From NCBI GenBank assembly GCA_903879985.1, contig CAIRNR010000007.1:5382-69381 (forward strand): 64,000 bases of DNA, read 5' to 3'. This DNA comes from an uncultured candidate division WWE3 bacterium (GTDB lineage: Bacteria; Patescibacteriota; WWE3; UBA101185; UBA10185). The notes beneath the pieces are model-generated. The model was not told the origin of the DNA and did not search any database. It saw nothing but the letters and a program-made list of their open reading frames with translations. Every line of letters starts with the position of its first letter. Within the stretch, counting starts at the first letter, position 1. Below are positions 53,091 to 61,350 of the stretch, one piece after another. The position numbers and the translations under genes are program-made.

Positions 53091-53603
53091 TTGGCAGACA
53101 ATAAAAGTCACGTAAAGCAAACCCCATCGAAAGACGGAATAGCTCTTGTAGTAGGAGCCCTTTTTATACTCTCTCTAGTTTTCGCAGCATACAATTACTT
53201 TAATAGAAATAACGATAAAACGGTAACGGTTGTAGACGATAATCAAAATGTTGTTACAAAAACAAAACCCACAGGAACTGTAGGAGATAAAGCAGCAGTA
53301 GATACCAAAACAGCTCAAGCTAAACAACAGGCAACAACAGCCGAAAAACAAAACGCAACAGTAACAACAACCACACCAGCATCAACAGGAGCTTGGGTAG
53401 CAAATAACTACAAACCAGGTGATATTAAAGGTGGATCTTATACCGTAGTTAAAGGCGACACACTTTGGGAAATCGCAGAAGCAGCTTATGGCGACGGAAG
53501 AATGTGGACCAAAATCCGAGATGCAAACTTGGATCAAATCCAAACGTTACCAAATGGTACCAAAGCTTTAATTAAACCGGGTCAAAAGTTAGTTCTACCT
53601 TAG
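53091..53603 (+). CDS. Membrane-anchored LysM domain protein
   Basis: TM; YTVVKGDTLWEIA...YGDG..W..I..AN...I.PGQKL; SD AAGGAGG with TTG start. Confidence 0.92.
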   Translation: MADNKSHVKQTPSKDGIALVVGALFILSLVFAAYNYFNRNNDKTVTVVDDNQNVVTKTKPTGTVGDKAAVDTKTAQAKQQATTAEKQNATVTTTTPASTGAWVANNYKPGDIKGGSYTVVKGDTLWEIAEAAYGDGRMWTKIRDANLDQIQTLPNGTKALIKPGQKLVLP

Positions 53604-53759
53604 GACTATTGATTGAGAAAACTGAGCACTGCGGCCGCGGTGCGTAACAGACAAAAATAATTTTTAATATGTGATAGGTGTTCCCACTGACGATGCACAA
53701 GGTGGGAACATTTGTTGCTATAATAAAAACGCACGTGGCGCATAGTATATACGAGCTTT

Positions 53760-53834
53760 GCGGATGTAGTTCAGTGGTAGAATGCCTCCTTCCCAAGGAG
53801 GAGATCGCGGGTTCGAGTCCCGTCATCCGCTCCA
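53760..53834 (+). tRNA. tRNA-Gly (CCC)
   Basis: GCGGATG...CCTCC-TT-CCC-AA-GGAGG...GCGGG-TTCGAGT-CCCGT-CATCCGC-T-CCA. Confidence 0.96.
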
Positions 53835-54002
53835 AATACTGGTTGGTACCTTTAGGTAACAAACAGGATTTTGAAACTGTAAGGGACGAGAAAGCCGGAG
53901 GAAGCGTAAGCGCCCGAGGCGGGGTCGAATGCTTTTGTGTGTTGTGAGTGAAACGAACTACAAACAAAAGACATGTGACCGAGTCCCGTCATCCGCTCCA
54001 AA
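53814..54002 (+). mobile_element. 166-bp hairpin-rich mini-element bounded by a duplicated tRNA-Gly 3' end
   Basis: CGAGTCCCGTCATCCGCTCCAAA at 53814-53836 and 53980-54002. Confidence 0.7.
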
Positions 54003-54004
54003 CT

Positions 54005-54559
54005 ATGAAACAGCAGATAACACTAAAATACACAGAAAAACCTACCGAAACAGATTTTGCCAAGTATAACGAATTTGCCGCAAAAAACTGGGGCAAAAGT
54101 AATGACTCAGCGGAAGATGCTGCAAAAAATTTCTTTGATAAAAACAAATCTGTTGTTACTGCCTATATAAACTACGAACTTGTAGGATTATGTTTCATCC
54201 ATTTTAGAACAACTAATTTTAACGGTAAGAATATTTCTTTTGCGGGTATCGGCGGCGTTGTTACACATAAAGAATTTAGACATAAAGGCATAGCAACTAA
54301 GCTACTACAAGAAGCAATCCAAAAAATGCAGGATAAAGTTGTGGATATAGCATTATTAGCAACTGACATTCCGCGATTAGGGAAATTGTATTCAATCGTA
54401 GGATTTGTTCCGTTGAAAAATACTTATGTTTTTGATGATATTAATGACGTAAGAAAACCGGACCCAGGTGGAATGATTGCCCCGATTTGTTCTCCAGAAA
54501 TCTATAGCGAAATAGTTAATTCTCCAGAAGCGTTATTTGTTGGAAAAAGCGCTTTTTAA
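54005..54559 (+). CDS. GNAT family N-acetyltransferase
   Basis: GIGGVVTHKEFRHKGIATKLL motif A; LY...GF. Confidence 0.9.
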   Translation: MKQQITLKYTEKPTETDFAKYNEFAAKNWGKSNDSAEDAAKNFFDKNKSVVTAYINYELVGLCFIHFRTTNFNGKNISFAGIGGVVTHKEFRHKGIATKLLQEAIQKMQDKVVDIALLATDIPRLGKLYSIVGFVPLKNTYVFDDINDVRKPDPGGMIAPICSPEIYSEIVNSPEALFVGKSAF

Positions 54560-54603
54560 TCTTTTCCATACGCGGGTGTTGCTCCATGACGCGTTAAGAG
54601 AAA

Positions 54604-54936
54604 TTACTTTTTAATAACAAAGCCATCATACATAACAATCAGAGTTGTACCCAATAATCCCCAGTAAATAGGCATATACACGGGAATACCATAAAATTGT
54701 GGATTAGTGTAAAACCATGCGTGTGCAAAATTAACTAATAAAATTTCTGCAAGCGCTCCTCCAAAAAATAATACACCAAACCACAATGCTTCTTTCTTAA
54801 TTGGATAGAAATAATGCTTAGTTAACGAAATAACCAACAACAAAATCGAAAGCATAACTGTAAATCCATGCAAAAAAAGTATACTCAATGTTGCAAAAAT
54901 TATAACAATCAGAGAAGCAAAAAATTTAATATTCAT
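54604..54936 (-). CDS. Small multi-TM membrane protein (DUF2878-like)
   Basis: GALAEI...AWFYTNP.FYGIP.YMP..WG. Confidence 0.65.
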   Translation of the reverse strand: MNIKFFASLIVIIFATLSILFLHGFTVMLSILLLVISLTKHYFYPIKKEALWFGVLFFGGALAEILLVNFAHAWFYTNPQFYGIPVYMPIYWGLLGTTLIVMYDGFVIKK

Positions 54937-54993
54937 AGTGTTTATGATAGCTTAACTATAAAGCAAAACCAAAACAGTTTCAAAAAAATCCGA

Positions 54994-55302
54994 TCAACGA
55001 AAAAAATACGGACGCCACCTCATATATAAAGAGATAACATCCGTAGGGTAAAAAAGCATTATCCTGTCAGCTGACCCTTGTAGCCGTCGCTCGCAAAAAT
55101 ATCCAAGAATACAGCGGCGATCAGTATCCTCGGGTTTTACTGTAAACTTTTTACCCGGAAGTGCGTTCAACAGATCTTCCAAAAATTGAATGTCTGCTGG
55201 GGACCTCGCGGGCCACGAAAAGCTTATGGGTATACTTTTACCTACTGGTAAATCAATAAGCCGGCTATCTCGCATAAGATAGTCAAAACCGGCATGATTC
55301 AT
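54994..55302 (-). CDS. Hypothetical protein
   Basis: SD AAAAAGGAG. Confidence 0.55.
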   Translation of the reverse strand: MNHAGFDYLMRDSRLIDLPVGKSIPISFSWPARSPADIQFLEDLLNALPGKKFTVKPEDTDRRCILGYFCERRLQGSADRIMLFYPTDVISLYMRWRPYFFR

Positions 55303-55460
55303 AGCACAAATCTCCTTTTTTACTAAACTTATAGCATTTTACAGGCAAGCTTCTTAAAACACAAATCCAAGACTGAGAATCCTAAATGGTATAATGCATC
55401 ATTATATAAATTAAGACTAAAGGTAGCGAAGAAAAACTACCGGCATCTGGAAAGTTAAAC

Positions 55461-56933
55461 ATGACAGAAAATAAAGGATTAAATGCGCTTAAACCGCATG
55501 AAGTATTTAAGGGCGACGTAAAGATAATTAAAAAGAGTAAACCCGGACCAGTAGTATTTATTGTAACCAACGGTATTGGTGCCGCCGAAGCTGTAAAAAA
55601 AGACTCCGACTTTAAAGTTGGCGACGTAGTTTACATTGAAGGCGAAGTTAACGAACACAAGGGACGAATCCAAATCGAACTTGATGTAATCCAAAATTCC
55701 AACGTAAATTTTGACGAAATAATGATTAATAGAAGTAGACCTACTAGAACTGAGTTTAGTATTCCTTCTGATCGCTACGAAAAAATGAAAGACGTTATGA
55801 TCGGCATTGCCGCCAGAATACGCTTAGCAATACTCGAAGGTCAGCCGATCATGATTAGACATCACAACGATTCCGATGGTATTTCCTCAGGACTTAGTTT
55901 AGAACACGCATGTTTAGGATTAATGCAAGAACTTGGTATCGATTCAAGATATTTACTATTTAGAAGTCCTTCGAAAGCTCCATATTATTCCGCCGGAGAC
56001 GTACTGCGAGATATGGTTTTATCTAAAAGATTTATAGAAGAAGAATCAAACGTGACACCATTAATAATAGTTGCCGATAACGGTTCAACTCCTGAAGATG
56101 CTTTTGGTTTAAACATATTAAAAACTCTTGGATACGAAGCCATGGTTATAGACCATCACAACCCAGTTGTACTTAACAACGGCATCACATCGGTTGATGG
56201 TTACTTATCACATCATTTAAATCCCTACAAATTAGGTTTAGACAGCAAAACATCCGCAGGACAACTTTGCTACGAAATTGGTAGATTTGTTTACGAAAAG
56301 TTTGATGAACCAATTATTCCTGCAGTAGCCGGAATCTCTGACCGATGTGACATACCAGAAACAGACAGATACATAGAAAAAACAGGGATGTCCCGAGAAG
56401 AATTAGGCAAAATAGGTACAGCTATCGACTACATTTCATACCAACTAAAGCATGACGCTGGAAAAGGTGTATATGAACAACTTTACCTTAACAATGATTT
56501 TGTTCAGTTAATAAACGCAGAGGTATCAAAGGGTTTTGAATCTCAGCTTCAAAGTACTCTCCCCTACTTAAGAACACAGGAAATTAACGGAATAGTATTT
56601 TCAACAATTGACGTTGAAAAATACACGATGAGATTTACCTATCCAGCTCCAGGATCTGTAATAAGTAGAGTTCACGAAATAACAGCGGCAGAATTTCCAA
56701 ATTCTCCAGTTTTAACATTGGGATATATGTCGGATATGATAATTATTCGTGCCAACAAACCTGTGTTACCAGTTGGAACAATACTTGAGAAGCTAAAAGA
56801 AAAGTTTCCAAACGCTAACGTAGATGGTGGTGGCCACGAAATGGCCGGCACAATACGCTTTGTTACAGCTCATAGAGACAACTTGCTTGAAGAAATTAAA
56901 TCTATGGTAAAAGCTTTGACTGTGACGGAATAG
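55461..56933 (+). CDS. RecJ-like DHH phosphoesterase with N-terminal OB fold (archaeal-type architecture)
   Basis: RHHNDSDG, ADNGST, IDHH, GGGHEMAG. Confidence 0.85.
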   Translation: MTENKGLNALKPHEVFKGDVKIIKKSKPGPVVFIVTNGIGAAEAVKKDSDFKVGDVVYIEGEVNEHKGRIQIELDVIQNSNVNFDEIMINRSRPTRTEFSIPSDRYEKMKDVMIGIAARIRLAILEGQPIMIRHHNDSDGISSGLSLEHACLGLMQELGIDSRYLLFRSPSKAPYYSAGDVLRDMVLSKRFIEEESNVTPLIIVADNGSTPEDAFGLNILKTLGYEAMVIDHHNPVVLNNGITSVDGYLSHHLNPYKLGLDSKTSAGQLCYEIGRFVYEKFDEPIIPAVAGISDRCDIPETDRYIEKTGMSREELGKIGTAIDYISYQLKHDAGKGVYEQLYLNNDFVQLINAEVSKGFESQLQSTLPYLRTQEINGIVFSTIDVEKYTMRFTYPAPGSVISRVHEITAAEFPNSPVLTLGYMSDMIIIRANKPVLPVGTILEKLKEKFPNANVDGGGHEMAGTIRFVTAHRDNLLEEIKSMVKALTVTE

Positions 56934-56953
56934 CCACATATACTTTTAATGTT

Positions 56954-57664
56954 ATGAAAACTGCCCGAGTAAAAACAAAGAATCAAAAAGGAAGTGTTGT
57001 ATTAGTGCTGCTCACCGGGGTTTTAGCGATAGTACTTCTGATTGTAGTTTTTATCAAAATATATCCAATTATTACGCACAAACCGAACGTCCTTACACCA
57101 TCAGTAGTAACAAACGTTATGCCACAGCCAACAGAAAACGTTAACAATGCTAACGCCACACCACAATGGAAATTATTTACCAATACCAAATATAACTACA
57201 TTATCTCTTATCTTGATACCTATAGCGTAGATAAATCAGACGGAAAACCGGGCGATCCTACAACGTCACCTGAAATTCATTTTTCAAGCAACGACACAGG
57301 TTTTGGATTTTCAATAAAAGTTTGGGCAAATCCAGATAACATAACACCAAAAGCATATTTTATTAATGAAATGGCTCAAGAACAAAAGGACCAGGCCGAT
57401 TGCATAAAACAAAATACCGGTAAGGCCTGTATGCCGGTAACTTTAAAAGACCTGGCAAAAACACAATCAGAAACTACGTTAAAAGGATTAAGCGCATATA
57501 AATTTTCGATGTTTAAATTTGACCACTCGGATGAATGTTATATAGTAACAAAAAACCAAAACTTTTATCAGTTATGTTTTGATAACAGCGACCCCAATGA
57601 CCCAGATATCGAAAAGCACGTAAAAATATACAACGAAATGCTTCAATCTTTTAACTTTCTTTAA
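56954..57664 (+). CDS. Membrane-anchored hypothetical protein (PsbP-like C-terminus, pilin-like leader)
   Basis: QKGSV.. hydrophobic anchor; WKLFTNTKYNY.ISY; EMLQSFNF end. Confidence 0.65.
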   Translation: MKTARVKTKNQKGSVVLVLLTGVLAIVLLIVVFIKIYPIITHKPNVLTPSVVTNVMPQPTENVNNANATPQWKLFTNTKYNYIISYLDTYSVDKSDGKPGDPTTSPEIHFSSNDTGFGFSIKVWANPDNITPKAYFINEMAQEQKDQADCIKQNTGKACMPVTLKDLAKTQSETTLKGLSAYKFSMFKFDHSDECYIVTKNQNFYQLCFDNSDPNDPDIEKHVKIYNEMLQSFNFL

Positions 57665-58191
57665 TAAAGTCCCGGATTCTTAAAAGGAATCAGAGCCAAC
57701 ACCACCGCAGGCTCGTAATAAGTCGTACGTGTTATAACATCACCAGTTAAAATACCCACAGAGCCATTTGATTGTTTAGAATTTTCCCGCTTAAATAACA
57801 TATCGTCGGCAACTCCAAGTTCATATCCTGATTTAATTAGTCTAATTATTTCTTTAGGCAGAAAAAATGAACCAGTACGACCTTTACCAACTAAGCCACT
57901 TTTCGACTTAATAACAATCCAAGCGAAAGCTTCCATTTCGCCATTTTTCTCTTCTAAACCACCTTCAAGACCAACCCAAAAATCAGCATCGGGAACAAAT
58001 TTGTGGGCATTTTCTACCCTCGTATAAGCGCCTCTAAGTGTTTCTTCCTCGGACATAGGTTGTGCAGGCACACCCGACTCAACGTTAACTCCTTCTATTT
58101 GAAAAAGTTCTTCCGGAAACATTTTTAAAAAACCTTGCTGTGTTGTATTTATTTTTACGGGATTTTTAGAAGCAACTATAATTCTTTTCAT
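57661..58191 (-). CDS. yjjX: Inosine/xanthosine triphosphatase
   Basis: ASKNPVKI, SGVPAQP, VGLEGG, ELG, GILT. Confidence 0.93.
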   Translation of the reverse strand: MKRIIVASKNPVKINTTQQGFLKMFPEELFQIEGVNVESGVPAQPMSEEETLRGAYTRVENAHKFVPDADFWVGLEGGLEEKNGEMEAFAWIVIKSKSGLVGKGRTGSFFLPKEIIRLIKSGYELGVADDMLFKRENSKQSNGSVGILTGDVITRTTYYEPAVVLALIPFKNPGLY

Positions 58192-59114
58192 AATACTTTA
58201 GAATTATGCTCAAGCTCAGCAATACGCTTTTTGAGCTCAACCATCTTAATTTCTCTATCTACAAAAACCTTATTGAATCTTAGCAAGTCCTCGTTTTTTT
58301 CTTCAGTTTCTTTTTTCGCCTTTTCTAATGCCGAGTTAAAAGTCGCCTGCTCATCAATTTTCTTACGTAGCTTTAGTAACATAGCGTTAAATGAAGTAGA
58401 AAGACTACCGGTTTCATCATTCATATGCAAAAGATAATCTTTAACGTTAACACTTAGGTCATCATCATCTGCAATTTTTTTCGCAGTATCGGCCAAGGTT
58501 ATGATTGGAGATATAAGTTTATTTGAAAAGACAAAAGCACATCCTACAGCTACCGCTGAAATTAAGAATGAAATTAAGCCAAATGCATATAACAAATTAG
58601 TTTTGGTTTTTTGTATATCCTTTGTAACCGATGCGAGTGTCTTGGTTTCAGTAAGTATTAACACATCAATACTTTGTTGCACATATTCGAACTTTGTAGT
58701 CTCGGCCTGATAAATTTCGGATATTCCAGTTATATCGCCACTTTGGGCTAGCTTATTTTTTGCCAATTCGATTTCCTGAATAATTGTGGACAATGAATTC
58801 TTTGCACTTCTGTATGCAACTATTGATTCCTCAGTTGTATCAGTTTGAGTGTCTAATTTTTTTTCTATACTCTGAATATCATTTATTCTTTGGTAATAAT
58901 TCGAATAATCATTCGACTTAAAACCATTATATGCGTCCTGAACCATTCCGCTTGCAGCGTCACTTAAAGCCTGCTCCTGAACTATATTGTTACTGATTTG
59001 TTCGTATTTGCTTGTTAATGTGTAATCAAAAACTCCAACCAATAATAACAACGTCAACATGATAAAAATGATTGCAATATAGGATACCAGTAGCTTTGTT
59101 TTTATAGAGTTCAT
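58188..59114 (-). CDS. Membrane sensor-like HAMP protein with no output domain
   Basis: TM-periplasmic four-helix-TM, HAMP (PIITL...DETGSL..SFNAM), ends in coiled coil NKVFVDREIKMVELKK. Confidence 0.8.
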   Translation of the reverse strand: MNSIKTKLLVSYIAIIFIMLTLLLLVGVFDYTLTSKYEQISNNIVQEQALSDAASGMVQDAYNGFKSNDYSNYYQRINDIQSIEKKLDTQTDTTEESIVAYRSAKNSLSTIIQEIELAKNKLAQSGDITGISEIYQAETTKFEYVQQSIDVLILTETKTLASVTKDIQKTKTNLLYAFGLISFLISAVAVGCAFVFSNKLISPIITLADTAKKIADDDDLSVNVKDYLLHMNDETGSLSTSFNAMLLKLRKKIDEQATFNSALEKAKKETEEKNEDLLRFNKVFVDREIKMVELKKRIAELEHNSKVL

Positions 59115-59119
59115 AAATA

Positions 59120-60241
59120 CTATTTTCCGTAAACTTCGGCGTGGGTATGGTAATTATCCTTGATGACTGTTGCGTCTATGTTATCTTTTGTTACTCCAAT
59201 AGGATCAAGTAACAAAGAAGGCACGTCGCTTAAACCATTATTTATTTGGGCGTTCGTTGATACAGGTGTACCAGCTACCAATTTGATTGCCGAAGCCACA
59301 GCAGCATCAGCTAAATTATTAACCGACTTATATACAGTAGACGTTTGTGTCCCTTGAATTATTCTTTGGATAGCGGCCAATTCTGCATCTTGCCCGGAAA
59401 CAGGAACCACACCAGCTAAAGAATGTTCTTGCAATGCTTTAATCGATCCAAATGCAGTTGAATCGTTCGCGCAAATAACACCATCCACCGCGCCGTTTGT
59501 ACTATCCAAATATGTCTTTAAGTTTTGATAAGCGTTTTCCGGTTTCCAATCAGGCGTTGATTTATCAAACACCACCTCGATTTGGCCTTTATCTAAATAA
59601 GGATGCAGTACCTCGAAACTTCCCTTTTTGAGCAATACAGAATTGTTATCGGTATCAGCACCACCGATGTAAGCAATTTTTAATTTTTTTCCTTGATTTA
59701 GTTTTGGGCTCAACGCATCCATAACGGATTGGGCTTCCAACTTACCAACTTTCTCATTATCAAAGGAAACATAAAGGTCTATAGGTGAGTCCGTAATTAA
59801 GCGATCGTACGAGATAACTTTAATACCTGCTTTATGCGCCTCAGCAACTACAGCTGTTAGAGAAGCTGCATCGTATGGAGCAATAACCAAAACATCTACC
59901 TTTTGAATAATCAAGCTTTCTATTTGTGAGATTTGTTTAGCCGAATCGTTATTTGCTGACTCTACATCAACACTTACGCCTAGTTCTTTAGCTTTTGTCA
60001 AAAATTCAGCCTTATCTTTTTGCCAACGTTCTTCTTGAAGAGTTCCCATGGAAAAACCAATTAAAACCTTGCTATTTGTGGTAGTTCGAGGAATCTTTAC
60101 AGTATTTTTGAGTGAAGGAGTTACATATAATAGAACGCCTCCAACAACTAGTAAGCTGACTAGGACTCCTAACAGTATAAATACAAGGGAAAAACCTGAA
60201 TTATTCTTGACTGACATATAGTTTGGGGTAGTTTTGGGCAT
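59120..60241 (-). CDS. XylF-like sugar-binding protein
   Basis: EERWQKD, ISYDRLI, SFDNEKVG, TDNNS, SGQDA, TVYK. Confidence 0.88.
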   Translation of the reverse strand: MPKTTPNYMSVKNNSGFSLVFILLGVLVSLLVVGGVLLYVTPSLKNTVKIPRTTTNSKVLIGFSMGTLQEERWQKDKAEFLTKAKELGVSVDVESANNDSAKQISQIESLIIQKVDVLVIAPYDAASLTAVVAEAHKAGIKVISYDRLITDSPIDLYVSFDNEKVGKLEAQSVMDALSPKLNQGKKLKIAYIGGADTDNNSVLLKKGSFEVLHPYLDKGQIEVVFDKSTPDWKPENAYQNLKTYLDSTNGAVDGVICANDSTAFGSIKALQEHSLAGVVPVSGQDAELAAIQRIIQGTQTSTVYKSVNNLADAAVASAIKLVAGTPVSTNAQINNGLSDVPSLLLDPIGVTKDNIDATVIKDNYHTHAEVYGK

Positions 60242-60374
60242 ATATAAATAGTAGCACAATTTATATTTTCAAGTCCCAAATCATGTGCCAACAACACGCT
60301 ATAAGTTGTATTGCACGTGGTCATGAGCTATAATCTCGAGATCTTACAATAACAATAAGGTAAAAGGAGCGAAA

Positions 60375-60908
60375 ATGTCAGACGACAGAATTTTGGTAAA
60401 ACCGTTATCCAGCTTTTTATTATGGTTGAATAAGCTATTAAAACCGCTAATGATCCTGGTTGGTGGAAATAGTAAGGAATCTCCACAAGAGACACATCCC
60501 TACAGTTCGATGCCCTGGTTACGTACTTCTGTTGCACGAAATCTTTGTGTCAAAAGTACATCGGCGGAGCTGCCTCCTGCTATGTTCAGCAACAAAAACC
60601 CATGTACTCACATGCCGATTTTGAACAAAATATTTAATGCTCAAGTTGCTTGGACCCATTATATGGTGCTAAGTGTCGAGGGACGCATGAGTACCGATGT
60701 ATGGTTTGTTGGTTGGCTATCGCCGGATAACTGCCAAGTTAGCCGCTTACCCTTGGCCGACAACGAAATGGTAAGAGTGCTCATGGCCAACCAAGGAAAA
60801 CCTGTGTATTTTTTTGGAGTTAACAGGTACGGCGATCAAATACCATTGTCATTGGTAGATACCGGTGAATTAGGCGACGGGAAATTCTCAACAATTCGAC
60901 TATTTTAG
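60375..60908 (+). CDS. Hypothetical protein
   Basis: SD AAAAGGAG. Confidence 0.6.
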   Translation: MSDDRILVKPLSSFLLWLNKLLKPLMILVGGNSKESPQETHPYSSMPWLRTSVARNLCVKSTSAELPPAMFSNKNPCTHMPILNKIFNAQVAWTHYMVLSVEGRMSTDVWFVGWLSPDNCQVSRLPLADNEMVRVLMANQGKPVYFFGVNRYGDQIPLSLVDTGELGDGKFSTIRLF

Positions 60909-60923
60909 GAGAGGAGGAAATAA

Positions 60924-61181
60924 ATGGATGCCGAATACGTGGTAAATAAACTAGGCAGTAACAAGGATATTGCCACAGGAAAGTTTCAATTCGAGAATGC
61001 CTCACAATTAAAGTCCAAAATTTTAGGGCTAAAAATACAAAAGGGCTACGCTGCCATGGTAACCGTGCCAGACGAAATTCCTCGGAAACTTATTCCAATT
61101 GTAAAAGAGCTTAAGCTCTTATTGGGAAGCCAATATAGCGTAGCGCAAAATGGTTACGTTATTGCCATTGAAAAACGTTAA
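60924..61181 (+). CDS. Hypothetical protein
   Basis: SD GAGGAGG; terminator at ~61197-61240. Confidence 0.6.
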   Translation: MDAEYVVNKLGSNKDIATGKFQFENASQLKSKILGLKIQKGYAAMVTVPDEIPRKLIPIVKELKLLLGSQYSVAQNGYVIAIEKR

Positions 61182-61350
61182 AATTTTCTACAAAAAAAGC
61201 CTCGAATTTTTGCTCACGCGAATCCGAGGCTTCATTTTTTTCTACACAGCAATCGCATAAAATTAATCAATTATTTATTTATAAGTAGCTAAATTAGTAC
61301 AAACTTTAATTGCTTCATTTAACCCGAATTACTCCTATGATTTAATGTAA

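Noticed and set aside
52833-53967. ORFs 52833-53090, 53572-53967 and 53678-53947
   Set aside because: They read through tRNA-Asp or tRNA-Gly sequence and are spurious.
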